Made by a program: the position numbers and the translations under genes
The notes under the pieces: model-generated
Database searches by the model: none
Seen by the model: only the letters and a program-made list of their open reading frames with translations
What the model was told of the DNA's origin: nothing
Shown: positions 53,818 to 63,584 of the stretch, in pieces
Layout: every line of letters begins with the position of its first letter
Numbering within the stretch: the first letter of the stretch is position 1
Source: Myxococcota bacterium
GTDB taxonomy: Bacteria; Myxococcota_A; UBA9160; UBA6930
Direction: 5' to 3'
NCBI GenBank assembly: GCA_965223415.1
Contig: OZ245002.1
Span: forward strand, 3,104,001 to 3,168,000
DNA length: 64,000 bases

Positions 53818-53974
53818 ATCGGTGTCTCCGTGGGGCGGGCCATCCGCGGCCCGCGTGCCCAGGGGTCGGGACAGGCGCGGTTTCGGATCACCGCGGAAGC
53901 GGGGCCTCCGGAGTGGCCCGAAGCGGTGATCCGGGGCGCTCTCGTGCGCGACTCCTGGTCACAGGAGCCCCGCC

Positions 53975-54658
53975 ATGCTGCGAACCCACGACCGACCGCA
54001 TCCCCCGCAGAGCCGGATCGCCCCCGAGGCGCGCCCGATCGTCCTGCTCCACGGCTTCGCCTCGACGCCTCGGGTGATGGGCCCCCTGGCCCGCCACCTC
54101 GGCCGTGCCCGGGGCAGCGAGACGGTCTGCGCCGAGGTCTCCTCCACCCGCGACCTGCGGGCCCAGGCCCACGCCGTGCTGCGCACGGTGAAGGAGCTGG
54201 CGATCCGCTCCGGAGGGCCGGTGGACGCGGTGGCCCACTCGATGGGCGGCCTGATCGCCACCTACGCGATGAAGGCCCTCGACCGGGGGCGCCACATCGC
54301 CACCGTCGTCACCTTGGGGACGCCCCACGGGGGAGCCCCCCTGGCCAGGATGGGCGCCCTGCTGAAGAACGAATTCGCCATCGTTCTCGGGCAGATGCAG
54401 CCCGGCGCCGGATTCCTTGCGGAGCTCGAGGGCCTTCCGGTCCCGGAGCGCTCCCGGCTCGTCTCGGTGGCCGGCCGCCGCGATCTGGTGGTCCCCTCCG
54501 ACTCGTCCCGCGTCGCGGCGGGCGAGCGCCAGCGGACCCTGTGGGTCGACGGGGCCACTCACAGCACGCTGTTGATCAGTCGCTCGGTCATGCGCCTGGT
54601 CGCGGCGGTTCTCGACCGGCCCGCGGCCGAGCCCGCCCGGGCCCTGGCGGCGGCCTGA
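53975..54658 (+). CDS. Lipase/esterase (alpha/beta hydrolase)
   Basis: PIVLLHGF, AHSMGG, VTLGTPHGG, DLVVP, TH. Confidence 0.88.
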   Translation: MLRTHDRPHPPQSRIAPEARPIVLLHGFASTPRVMGPLARHLGRARGSETVCAEVSSTRDLRAQAHAVLRTVKELAIRSGGPVDAVAHSMGGLIATYAMKALDRGRHIATVVTLGTPHGGAPLARMGALLKNEFAIVLGQMQPGAGFLAELEGLPVPERSRLVSVAGRRDLVVPSDSSRVAAGERQRTLWVDGATHSTLLISRSVMRLVAAVLDRPAAEPARALAAA

Positions 54659-54721
54659 AAAAGCCGGGCCGGGTGATCCGGGCCGGGGCCCACCGCGACT
54701 CCTCGGTGGGAGGACACGACG

Positions 54722-54904
54722 ATGACGCTTTCAGCCCTTTCCAACAGCGCGAACCAGCCCGTTCCCACCACCCTGCTCGAGCTCGTCACGGCGCTCCAGG
54801 AGCTGACCGACAACGAGGAGCTGACCGAGCTGCTGGCCCGCGATCTCGTCAACTCCGGACGCGTGGTCCTCACCGGCAACTTCCGAGGCTGCACACTGAA
54901 CTAG
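54722..54904 (+). CDS. Small hypothetical protein (60 aa)
   Basis: GGAGG RBS; TTLLELVTAL...LVNSGRVVLTGNFRG; coding-like codon usage. Confidence 0.65.
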   Translation: MTLSALSNSANQPVPTTLLELVTALQELTDNEELTELLARDLVNSGRVVLTGNFRGCTLN

Positions 54905-54945
54905 CGCCCGGTACGGTTCGCCCCCTCGCACCGAGGAGGCCCCCC

Positions 54946-55755
54946 GTGACCGACGCCGTCCTGCTCACCACCGATCGCGGCATCGCCGACGTCAAGCTCA
55001 ACCGCCCGGAGGCCTACAACGCCCTCAACGACGAGATCTTCGAGGGCCTGCTCGCCGCCGGAGCCGCCATCCGGAAGGATCCCTCGGTCCGCGTCGTCCT
55101 CCTCTCCGGCGTCGGCCGCGGCTTCTGCTCCGGCCTCGACATGTCGAACTTCGGCGACATGCTGGGCGGCGAGCTCACGGCCGAGGGTGTGGCCGATGCC
55201 TACGACGACCTGAGCCCCGCCGGTGCCAACCGCGCCCAGCAGCTCGGCTGGCAGTTCCAGGAGCTCCCCGTGCCGGTGATCGCCGCGATCCACGGCGCCG
55301 CCATGGGCGGGGGGCTGAACGTCGCCCTCGGCGCGGACATTCGCATCGTGGCGCCGGACGCGAAGCTCGGCTTCGTCGAGATCACCTGGGGGCTGCTCCC
55401 GGACATGGGCGCCACCCAGGCCCTGCGCCGGCTCGTGCCCCTCGATCGCGCGATGGAGCTGGTGCTTTCCGGCCGCATCCTGCGGGGGGACGAGGCGGTC
55501 GCCGCCGGTCTGGCGACCCGGCTGAGCGAGACGCCCTACGAGGACGCCCGGGCCCTGGCGGAGCAGATGGCGAGGCACAATCCCGATGCCCTCCGGCGCG
55601 GCAAGCGCCTGCTGGCCGGGTCGGCCTTCACCTCCGTGCGCGAGGGCCTGATCGCCGAGTCGAACGCGTCGCGGGAAATGCTCGGCACGCCGAACCAGCT
55701 CGAGGCGGTGAAGGCGCGCCTCGAAGGACGCGAACCCCGCTTCGAGATCGCGTAG
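54946..55755 (+). CDS. Enoyl-CoA hydratase/isomerase
   Basis: LNRPEAYNAL, FCSGLD, PVIAAIHGAAMGGG, ADIR, E..WGLLPD. Confidence 0.93.
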   Translation: MTDAVLLTTDRGIADVKLNRPEAYNALNDEIFEGLLAAGAAIRKDPSVRVVLLSGVGRGFCSGLDMSNFGDMLGGELTAEGVADAYDDLSPAGANRAQQLGWQFQELPVPVIAAIHGAAMGGGLNVALGADIRIVAPDAKLGFVEITWGLLPDMGATQALRRLVPLDRAMELVLSGRILRGDEAVAAGLATRLSETPYEDARALAEQMARHNPDALRRGKRLLAGSAFTSVREGLIAESNASREMLGTPNQLEAVKARLEGREPRFEIA

Positions 55756-55791
55756 GATGGCGGCCGGGGGCGTGAGCTGCGAGGAGACGCC

Positions 55792-56214
55792 ATGAGCATC
55801 CTGGACCGATATCGGGCCTACGCCGACGCCTTCGAGGAGAGCTACGAGGACGACGACTGGTCGCGGATCGAGGAGTACTTCACCGCCGACGCCGTCTACG
55901 AGGGCGAGCCCGAGAACGCGGTCGGCCGCGAAGCGGTACTGGCCAAGCTGAAGGGCGGCGTCGACGGCTTCGACCGCAACATGGACAGCCGCACGCCGGA
56001 CTTCCAGACGCCCACCGTGGACGGCGACACCCTCACCATGAAGTGGACGGTCACCTACACGAAGGCCGGGGCGCCGGACCTGGCGATCTCCGGGATCGAG
56101 ACGGCCGTCTTCGAGGGCGACCGCATCAAGCTGCTGCGCGACGATTTCGACCCGGAGGCCCAGAAGGCCATGGGCGAGTGGATGGCCGCCCACGGAGCGC
56201 GGCTCCAGGGCTAG
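55792..56214 (+). CDS. SnoaL/NTF2-like protein
   Basis: YFTADAVY, GREAV; typical size. Confidence 0.75.
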   Translation: MSILDRYRAYADAFEESYEDDDWSRIEEYFTADAVYEGEPENAVGREAVLAKLKGGVDGFDRNMDSRTPDFQTPTVDGDTLTMKWTVTYTKAGAPDLAISGIETAVFEGDRIKLLRDDFDPEAQKAMGEWMAAHGARLQG

Positions 56215-56220
56215 CCGGGC

Positions 56221-56760
56221 TCAGGAGCGACGTCGCGGCAGGGGGATCACCGCTGCAAGCTTCTGGGCGGGGAAGGCCTCGCCCTTCACGAAGGCGCCGA
56301 TGCCCGCGTCGATGATGCCGAAGAAGTTGCCGAGGGCGGCCAGGCGTTCCTCGGCGAAGCGTCCTTCCGGAAGACTCGACGGGCCGGCCGCCGCATCCTC
56401 CCGGAGCGTCCGGCCGGTCTCGCCCACCACGTCGAGCACTTGGCGCACGGTCCAGCGGAAGCGGCGCTCGAAGATCTCCTGGAAAGCGCGGAAGAAGTCG
56501 GTCGCCGCCTCGTAGTGGTCCCGGCGGGAGCCGGGCACGCTGCGGCGCTTCACCAGGTGCCACTCGGCCAGGGTACGCACGTTGATCGAGACATTGCTCT
56601 TGCTCTGGTCGAGGGCCGCGGCGATCTCGTCGAGGGAGAGGGGGCCTTCGGTGAGGTAGAGCAGGGCGAAGATGCGCCCCTGCTGTTGGGTGAGGATCCC
56701 GGAGGTGGCCGAGGCGGCGCCGATGCCGTCGACGAAGGCGGCGACCGTGTCGTCAAGCAT
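56221..56760 (-). CDS. GbsR/MarR-like transcriptional regulator
   Basis: GRIFALLYL..PLSLDEIA..L.QSKSNVS...L, PGSRRDHY. Confidence 0.88.
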   Translation of the reverse strand: MLDDTVAAFVDGIGAASATSGILTQQQGRIFALLYLTEGPLSLDEIAAALDQSKSNVSINVRTLAEWHLVKRRSVPGSRRDHYEAATDFFRAFQEIFERRFRWTVRQVLDVVGETGRTLREDAAAGPSSLPEGRFAEERLAALGNFFGIIDAGIGAFVKGEAFPAQKLAAVIPLPRRRS

Positions 56761-57535
56761 GGCGGACCCTCCTCTGGCGGCGGGCGGCGCGCTCCGCGGA
56801 CGCCGCGGCGAGCGCTCCTCCCCCGGCGACGGCGACGACGATCGGAAGGCCGCCGAAGGCGAAGACGTGCTCGTGCACCTGGCGCAGGGCGAAGGCCAGC
56901 AGCAGTCCCACACCGAGGGCGAGCCACGGCTGCTCGCCCCAGACGAGGCGCTGGCGGCCCGAGAGGATCGCCGCGAAGGGGAGCCCGGACGTCTGCTCGA
57001 GGTAGGCCTCGTAGGGGGCCCCGAGCTTGCGGCGCAGCTTGCGATCCTGGTGCACCGCGCCGATCACCGCGTGGGCGGCGAGGCCCGCGAAGAAGGTGGC
57101 GCTCGCGAGCGACGGTGCCAGCGGGACGTGGCCGAGACCGAAGAGGGCGACGCCGGCGAAGAAGCCGTGGCGGGTGATGCGGGCCAGGCCCCGGGGCGCG
57201 TCGGTCCGGTGGACGAAGAGCGCCATCGGCGAGCGGGCGTACTCGGCGAGGCTCCCGGCGCCGAGGGCGAAGCCGGCGGCGATCGCGGCGATCCCGAGCC
57301 CGCGCACGAGGGGGTCGCCCGCCGCGCCCGGTCCGGGCCAGCCCTCGTGGCGGACTGCCGCCGTGGTGACGACCCAGATCCCGAAGGTCAGCGTGGCGAC
57401 GAGGGAAAAGAGATCGACGAAGCGGCGCTCGCCCAGGCGGGCGACGAGCCGGTCGCGGACCGGGGCCGTGCCCAGGCCCACGTGGGTGCCGAAGAAGAGG
57501 GCGAAGCCGAGGAGGACGAGCAGGGCGGGCTGCAT
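56753..57535 (-). CDS. NnrU-family membrane protein
   Basis: LFFGTH, RITRH, HQDRKL, TSGLPFAAI. Confidence 0.8.
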   Translation of the reverse strand: MQPALLVLLGFALFFGTHVGLGTAPVRDRLVARLGERRFVDLFSLVATLTFGIWVVTTAAVRHEGWPGPGAAGDPLVRGLGIAAIAAGFALGAGSLAEYARSPMALFVHRTDAPRGLARITRHGFFAGVALFGLGHVPLAPSLASATFFAGLAAHAVIGAVHQDRKLRRKLGAPYEAYLEQTSGLPFAAILSGRQRLVWGEQPWLALGVGLLLAFALRQVHEHVFAFGGLPIVVAVAGGGALAAASAERAARRQRRVRHA

Positions 57536-57642
57536 GGGGACTCCCGGGGCGCGTTGATATCCTGAATGTTTAGCATATTTTGAACACACCGCAAGACCCC
57601 AACGCTAGACAATCCCGCCTCGGGGGCCCAATCTCGGTCCCC

Positions 57643-59118
57643 GTGACGAGCCAACCCACCTCCGACTTCCCCATCGCCATCCTCGGGGCCGGCTTCGCCG
57701 GCATCGGGACCGCCATCCGCCTCAAGAAGGCGGGCATCCACTCCTTCACGATCTTCGAGCGGGCCGGGGACGTGGGCGGCACCTGGCGCGACAACACCTA
57801 CCCGGGAGCGGCCTGCGACGTCCCCTCCCACGCCTACTCCCTCTCCTTCGAGCAGAGCTCCACCTGGAGCCGACGCTTCGCCGAGTCCGGCGAGATCCAC
57901 GACTACCTGCGTCGCATCACGGACAAGTGGAAGCTGCGCGACCACGTGCGGCTGAACACCGAGATCGTGGACGCGCGCTGGGACGAGCAGGCGGGGACGT
58001 GGACGCTCACCACCGACACCGACGAGACCTTCACCGCGCGGGTCGTCGTCTCCGGCGTCGGCGGGCTGGTGGATCCGTCCCTTCCAGACATCAAGGGGCT
58101 CCAGAGCTACACCGGCGAGGTCTTCCACACCGCGCGCTGGAACCACGACTACGACCTGGCCGGGCGCCGCGTGGCGGTGATCGGCACCGGGGCGAGCGCC
58201 GTGCAGGTGGTGCCGTCCATCGCCCGCGAGGTGGCCCAGCTCGACGTCTACCAGCGCACGCCTGCCTGGGTCGTGCCGAAGCGCGACAAGGTCTACTCCG
58301 AGCGCTTGAAGGCGCTGCTCGCGCGCTTCCCGATCCTGCTCCGCGCCAGCCGCGCCTTCAAGTACTGGATGAGCGAGCTCTTCGGTCCGATCGTCTTCCT
58401 CGACGACGCGCGCCTCTCCCGGATCGGCGAGCTGGGCTCCCTCGCCCACCTTCGGGCCCAGGTGAAGGACCCGGAGCTGCGCGAGAAGCTGCGGCCGAGC
58501 TTCCGATTCGGCTGCAAGCGCATCCTGATCTCCGACGACTACTGGGCCAGCTTCGAGCGGCCGAACGCCCTGCTGGTCACGGACCCGATCGAGGAGATCA
58601 AGGCCACCGGCATCGAGACGAAAGACGGCACCTTCCGCGAGGTGGACGCGATCGTCCTCGCCACCGGCTTCGCGCTGGGTCTGGCGAGCGCGCCGTTTCC
58701 GATCACCGGCCGGGGCGGCCGCACGCTGGACGAGGCCTGGCAGGAGGGCGCCGTCGCCTACAAGGGCATGAGCGTCCACGGCTTCCCCAACTGGTTCATC
58801 CTGATGGGGCCGAACACGGGCCCGGGCCACACCTCGGTCCTGGTCTACACCGAGGCGCAGATCGCCCACACCCTGACCGCGATCCAGAAGCTCCGGAAGG
58901 AAGGCCTCAAGTCTGTCGACGTCCGCCAGGACGTTCAGGATCGCTACAACGAGCGCATCCAGGGGCGCATGAAGCACATGGTGTGGTCGTCGGGCTGCAA
59001 CAGCTGGTACCTCTCGCCGGACGGGAGCAACCACTCGCTCTACCCGGGCTTCGCCGCGGAGTACGTCCTGCGGGCGAAGCCGTTCCGGGCGCGCGACTAC
59101 GAGATCGCGGCCTTCTGA
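57643..59118 (+). CDS. Flavin-containing (Baeyer-Villiger type) monooxygenase
   Basis: GAGFAG, GGTWRDNTYPGAACD, GEVFHTARW, GTGASA, ATGF. Start uncertain (57580 or 57643). Confidence 0.93.
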   Translation: MTSQPTSDFPIAILGAGFAGIGTAIRLKKAGIHSFTIFERAGDVGGTWRDNTYPGAACDVPSHAYSLSFEQSSTWSRRFAESGEIHDYLRRITDKWKLRDHVRLNTEIVDARWDEQAGTWTLTTDTDETFTARVVVSGVGGLVDPSLPDIKGLQSYTGEVFHTARWNHDYDLAGRRVAVIGTGASAVQVVPSIAREVAQLDVYQRTPAWVVPKRDKVYSERLKALLARFPILLRASRAFKYWMSELFGPIVFLDDARLSRIGELGSLAHLRAQVKDPELREKLRPSFRFGCKRILISDDYWASFERPNALLVTDPIEEIKATGIETKDGTFREVDAIVLATGFALGLASAPFPITGRGGRTLDEAWQEGAVAYKGMSVHGFPNWFILMGPNTGPGHTSVLVYTEAQIAHTLTAIQKLRKEGLKSVDVRQDVQDRYNERIQGRMKHMVWSSGCNSWYLSPDGSNHSLYPGFAAEYVLRAKPFRARDYEIAAF

Positions 59119-59132
59119 CGTAGGTTTCTTCC

Positions 59133-60860
59133 ATGGCCGACTTCGACGTCCTGATCCGCGGCGGCACGGTGGTGGACGGCACCGGCGTTCCGGCCGCGCC
59201 GGCGGACGTCGGCATCCGGGAAGGTCGCGTCGCCGAGATCGGTCGGATCGATGCGGCCCGCGGCGAACGGGTCCTGGACGCGGACGGTCTCGTCGTCGCG
59301 CCGGGCTTCGTCGACCTGCACACCCACTACGACGCCCAGATCCAGTGGGACCCGTGGTGCTCGATCTCGGGCTGGCACGGCGTGACCTCGGTGGCCCTCG
59401 GCAACTGCGGCTTCGGGTTCGCACCGGTGCGACCCGCCGAGCGCGACCGCGCCATGCTCACCATGTCGCGCACCGAGGCGATCCCCTTCGAGTCGATGAA
59501 GGCGGGCATGATCTGGGACTGGGAGACCTTCCCGGAGTGGCTCGACACCTTGGAGCGCATTCCGAAGGGAGTCAACTGCCTCACCTATGCACCCCTCTCG
59601 CCGATCCTCGTCTACGGGATGGGGCTCGAGGCCGCCAAGTCGCGGGCGGCTCGCGACGACGAGCGGGTCGCCATGCAGCGGCTGCTCGCCGAGGCCATGG
59701 AGGCCGGCGCCTGCGGCTGGTCCGCCCAGCGCAACGGCCAGCACTCCATCCAGGCCGACTTCGACGGCACGCCCATGGTGACCGACACCATGAGCGAGAC
59801 CGATCTCATGGCCTTCGCCGACACCCTGGCGCGCTGCGGCGAGGGCTTCATCCAGATCACCCAGACCAGCGAGGGCGATCTCGAGAAGGACATGGCGGTC
59901 ACGGAGCGCCTCGCCGAGGTGAGTGGGCGGCCCGTGCTCTACAACGTGGTGCTCGCCGTCGACGAGGCGCCCTGGGTGCACCGCAAGTTCGTCGACTGGC
60001 TCGCGGACTGCCATCACCGGGGCCTCCAGGTCTACGGCCAGGCGAACAGCATCCGCGCTCCGTTCCAGATGACCCTCGAGGACTGGAACCTCTTCGACAC
60101 CGCGCCGGCCTGGAACCGGGCGCTCACCGGCACCCTCGAGGAGAAGAAGCAGAAGCTGCGGGATCCGGAGCTGCGCCGGGCCATGGCCCGGGACGCCGAC
60201 GAGGGACGCATCGTCTCCGTCCTCCTCGGCGGCACCATCGACGGCTACGTCTTCCAGGGCGCCACGAACGCGCCGACCCTCGACGCCCACATCGGGCGCA
60301 CCGTCGGCGAGATCGCCGCCGACCTCGGCCAGCATCCGGTCGAGTGCATGCTCCAGCTCGCCCTGGAGAGCGACCTCAAGGCGGGCTTCCTCACCGGCAG
60401 TGTGACCAGCTGCAACGCCGAGTACGTGGCCGAGCTGCTGGCCTCGCCCTACGTCTTCCCCGGCGTCTCCGACGGCGGCGCCCACACCAAGTTCCTGACC
60501 GCCGGCTCCTACACCACCGACACCCTGGAGTGGCTCGTGCGGGACGAGGGCCGCATGACCCTCGAGCAGGCCCACTACAAGCTCTCCTGGCTGCCGGCGC
60601 GGGCGGCGGGCTTCCGCCACCGCGGCGCGCTGCTCGAAGGAGCTCCCGCCGACGTGGTCGTCTACGACCTCACCCGCCTTCGCCGCCTCCCCGAGTGGTG
60701 GGGCTCGGAGATCGTCCACGACTTCCCCGGCGGCGAGTGGCGCCGCGTGCAGCGCGCCGAGGGCTACCACTGGACGCTCGTCAACGGCGAGATCACCTTC
60801 GAGGACGGGGCGTGCACGGGGGCCACGCCGGGGCGGTTGCTGCGGCACGGGCGGGGTTGA
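59133..60860 (+). CDS. N-acyl-D-amino-acid deacylase family amidohydrolase
   Basis: IRGGTVVDGTG, PGFVDLHTHYD, GNCG, SDGGAH. Confidence 0.92.
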   Translation: MADFDVLIRGGTVVDGTGVPAAPADVGIREGRVAEIGRIDAARGERVLDADGLVVAPGFVDLHTHYDAQIQWDPWCSISGWHGVTSVALGNCGFGFAPVRPAERDRAMLTMSRTEAIPFESMKAGMIWDWETFPEWLDTLERIPKGVNCLTYAPLSPILVYGMGLEAAKSRAARDDERVAMQRLLAEAMEAGACGWSAQRNGQHSIQADFDGTPMVTDTMSETDLMAFADTLARCGEGFIQITQTSEGDLEKDMAVTERLAEVSGRPVLYNVVLAVDEAPWVHRKFVDWLADCHHRGLQVYGQANSIRAPFQMTLEDWNLFDTAPAWNRALTGTLEEKKQKLRDPELRRAMARDADEGRIVSVLLGGTIDGYVFQGATNAPTLDAHIGRTVGEIAADLGQHPVECMLQLALESDLKAGFLTGSVTSCNAEYVAELLASPYVFPGVSDGGAHTKFLTAGSYTTDTLEWLVRDEGRMTLEQAHYKLSWLPARAAGFRHRGALLEGAPADVVVYDLTRLRRLPEWWGSEIVHDFPGGEWRRVQRAEGYHWTLVNGEITFEDGACTGATPGRLLRHGRG

Positions 60861-61052
60861 TCGCGACCGGGTGGGCCACGCGCGGCCTGGGTTCGGTTGG
60901 GACTGGAGACGGCCGGGGAGGTGCGGGCTGCCTTTTTTGCCTGTGGGCGGCGCGCCCCCTCTGCACTCACAGGCAAGAAGGCTGCCCGCACCGCCACGGC
61001 CACCTCCCGTCCCAACCCAACCCAAGGCCCGCACCACCGCCCCGCCGCGATC
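60859..61052. repeat. Long imperfect inverted repeat (MITE/REPIN-like hairpin)
   Basis: Left arm GGTTGGGACTGGAG...GGTGCGGGCTGCCTT...TTGCCTGTG pairs with CACAGGCAAGAAGGCTGCCCGCACC...CTCCCGTCCCAACC; outer GATCGCG/CGCGATC. Confidence 0.8.
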
Positions 61053-61095
61053 GACTGCCCTGGCGCGCCTCCGCACTCCACCCCACCATCCCCCC

Positions 61096-62262
61096 ATGGA
61101 CTTCGCTTGGGGTCAAGAGCTCGAATCCATCCGCCGCGAGGCCACCCGCCTCTGCGAGCCCTTCGACGACGACTACTGGAGTGGCTGCGACGAGAAGCAC
61201 GAGTTCCCCTGGGCGTTCTATCGGGCGTTCGCCGAACAGGGGTGGATCGGCATCCTCGTCCCTGAGGCGTACGGGGGTGCGGGGCTCGGCACCCTCCACG
61301 CCGGAGCGCTCCTGAATGCGGTGGCCGCCAGCGCCGGCGCGCAGAACGCGGCATCCACGCTCCACCTCTCGATCTTCGGCATGGGGCCGGTCATCCATCA
61401 TGGCTCCGAGGACCTGAAGCACCGCAGCCTGCCCCCGACGGCCAGCGGGGAGCTCCACGTGTCCTTCGGCGTCACGGAGGACGACGCCGGCACCGACACC
61501 AGCCGCATCCGCACCTTCGCCCGCCGGGACGGCGACCGCTTCGTCGTGAACGGCAAGAAGGTGTGGAACACGAAGGCCCAGCAGGCCCAGAAGATCCTGC
61601 TCCTCGCGCGGACGACGCCGCGGGAGGAGTGCGCCCGCCCCCTCGACGGCATGACGCTCTTCCTCGCGGACCTGGATCCCGCTTACGTCGAGATCCGCGA
61701 GATTCCCAAGCTGGGCCGCAATGCGGTCAACTCCAACGAGGTGTACATCGAGGAGCTGCCGGTTCCGGTGGAGGACGTCGTCGGCGAGGTGGGGCGCGGC
61801 TTCTACCACCTGCTGGACGGCCTCAACCCGGAGCGCATCGTGATCTCGGCCGAGGCGGTGGGCATCGGTCGGCGCGCCCTTGAGGTGGCCGCTCGTTATG
61901 CGAAGGAGCGGATCGTCTTCGACCGCCCGATCGGGAAGAACCAGGCCATCGCGCATCCCCTGGCGGACTCGCTCTCGGAGCTGGAGGCGGCCGATCTCCT
62001 GTGGCAGAAGGCGGCCTGGGCCTACGACGCTGGGGAGCCGGCGGGTCCGCTCGCGAACATGGCGAAGCTTCGCGCCAGCGAGGCCGCCTTCACGGCCTGT
62101 GACCGCGCGCTCCAGACCTTCGGGGGCTTCGGCTACGCCCGGGAGTTCCACGTCGAGCGCTACTGGCGGGAGGCGCGGCTGGCGCGCATCGCTCCGATCT
62201 CGAACGAGATGGTGCGCAGCTACCTCGCCGAGCACGTGCTCGGGCTTCCGCGGAGCCACTGA
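61096..62262 (+). CDS. Acyl-CoA dehydrogenase
   Basis: FGVTEDDAGTD, NGKKVW, LNPER, RIVFDRPIGKNQAI, QTFGGFGY. Confidence 0.93.
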   Translation: MDFAWGQELESIRREATRLCEPFDDDYWSGCDEKHEFPWAFYRAFAEQGWIGILVPEAYGGAGLGTLHAGALLNAVAASAGAQNAASTLHLSIFGMGPVIHHGSEDLKHRSLPPTASGELHVSFGVTEDDAGTDTSRIRTFARRDGDRFVVNGKKVWNTKAQQAQKILLLARTTPREECARPLDGMTLFLADLDPAYVEIREIPKLGRNAVNSNEVYIEELPVPVEDVVGEVGRGFYHLLDGLNPERIVISAEAVGIGRRALEVAARYAKERIVFDRPIGKNQAIAHPLADSLSELEAADLLWQKAAWAYDAGEPAGPLANMAKLRASEAAFTACDRALQTFGGFGYAREFHVERYWREARLARIAPISNEMVRSYLAEHVLGLPRSH

Positions 62263-62267
62263 CCCGG

Positions 62268-63584
62268 TCAGGTGCCTCGGCGGATCTGGCGATCGGTGCG
62301 CCGGTCGACGACGCCGAAGATGCCGGTCAGGAGCTTCGTGCTGAGCCACATCAGGGGCTCGGGCAGGCCCGGCGGCTCGCGGCGCGCCAGGGCCTCCGCC
62401 GCCGGGTGGGTGCGGCCCGCAATCTGCTCCGCCAGCAGCGCGCCCATGAGGTTGGCCTGGGCGACGCCGTGCCCCGCATAGCCGAGGCCGTAGTGGACGT
62501 TTCCCCGGGCGCCCGTGCGCCCGAGGGCGGGCAGGAAGTCGAGGTTGAGGCCGATCCAGCCGCCCCAGAAGTGGGCGACCGGGTGGCTGCCGAGCTCCGG
62601 GAAGCGCTCGCGGAAGGCGGACTCGATCGTGCGGAACATCTCCGGCTGGTGCCCCTCGGCGAGGGCGCGGCCGAAGGCGTAGCGAATCGTCTTCGAGCCG
62701 CCGACGATCGTGCCGCGGGGTGTGAGCTGGTAGCTCTCGAGGGTCTCGTGGGCGGTGTAGACGCCCTCGCGTCCCGGCCAGCCGAGGGCCTCCCGCTGGC
62801 TCGCGTCCAAGGGCGCGGTCTCGAAGAGCGAGACGCGGAGGGGCGTGACGAGGCGCTTCTTCCAGCCGGTGGCCGGCGTGTAGGCGTTGGTGGCCAACAC
62901 CGCGTGGTCGGCGGCGATCTCGCCGCCCTCCGTTCGCACGCGGATCGGCGCGCCATCGACGAGCTCGCGCATGGGCGAGCCCTCGAAGAGCCGAACGCCC
63001 GCGGCGATCGCCGCCCGGCGCAGGCCCATCACGAAGCGCCCGGGGTGGAGCGTGCCCCCGCACTCCTCCAGCACGCCGCTCCGGAAGGCGGGCGGCAGAC
63101 CGCGCTCGCGCATCTCTCCCTCGGAGAGGAAGCGCACCTCGGCGCCGAGGCTGCGGGCGGCGTCCGCCGCCCGCTCCAGGCGCGGCGCCTGCTTCGGATG
63201 CACGCCCGCCATGACGTTGCCGCACGGGGCGTAGTCGCAGTCGATGCCGTGCTTGCGCATCGTCTCCTCGGCGTGGCCGACCGCCTCGTCGGCGAAGCGC
63301 ACCAGCCGTGCCGCGCGTTCCCGGCCGAAGAGCCGGAGCAGGGTCGGGATGTCCTTGCCGATGGTCGGCGTGAGGTGCCCCGCGTTCCGGCCGCTTGCTC
63401 CAGAGCCGGCGAAGTCCTGCTCGACGAGGGCGACGTCGGCGCCCTCGGCGCGCAGGGCGAGGGCCGTGGAGAGGCCCGTGTAGCCGCCGCCTATGATCAC
63501 CACGTCGACCCGAAGGCTCTCGCCCAGCGCAGGCTGGCGATCCGCCGGCGGCTCCACCCAGGGGCTGATCTCGAGGTAGGTCAC
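62268..63584 (-). CDS. FAD-dependent oxidoreductase (DAO/PuuB-like)
   Basis: DVVIIGGGYTGLSTA, GASGRNAG, LATNAY, GYAGHGV; GTG overlaps upstream stop. Confidence 0.9.
   Translation of the reverse strand: MTYLEISPWVEPPADRQPALGESLRVDVVIIGGGYTGLSTALALRAEGADVALVEQDFAGSGASGRNAGHLTPTIGKDIPTLLRLFGRERAARLVRFADEAVGHAEETMRKHGIDCDYAPCGNVMAGVHPKQAPRLERAADAARSLGAEVRFLSEGEMRERGLPPAFRSGVLEECGGTLHPGRFVMGLRRAAIAAGVRLFEGSPMRELVDGAPIRVRTEGGEIAADHAVLATNAYTPATGWKKRLVTPLRVSLFETAPLDASQREALGWPGREGVYTAHETLESYQLTPRGTIVGGSKTIRYAFGRALAEGHQPEMFRTIESAFRERFPELGSHPVAHFWGGWIGLNLDFLPALGRTGARGNVHYGLGYAGHGVAQANLMGALLAEQIAGRTHPAAEALARREPPGLPEPLMWLSTKLLTGIFGVVDRRTDRQIRRGT

Noticed and set aside
57553..57590. AT-rich patch as operator of the GbsR-like regulator
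   Set aside because: Position is plausible but symmetry is too weak to call.
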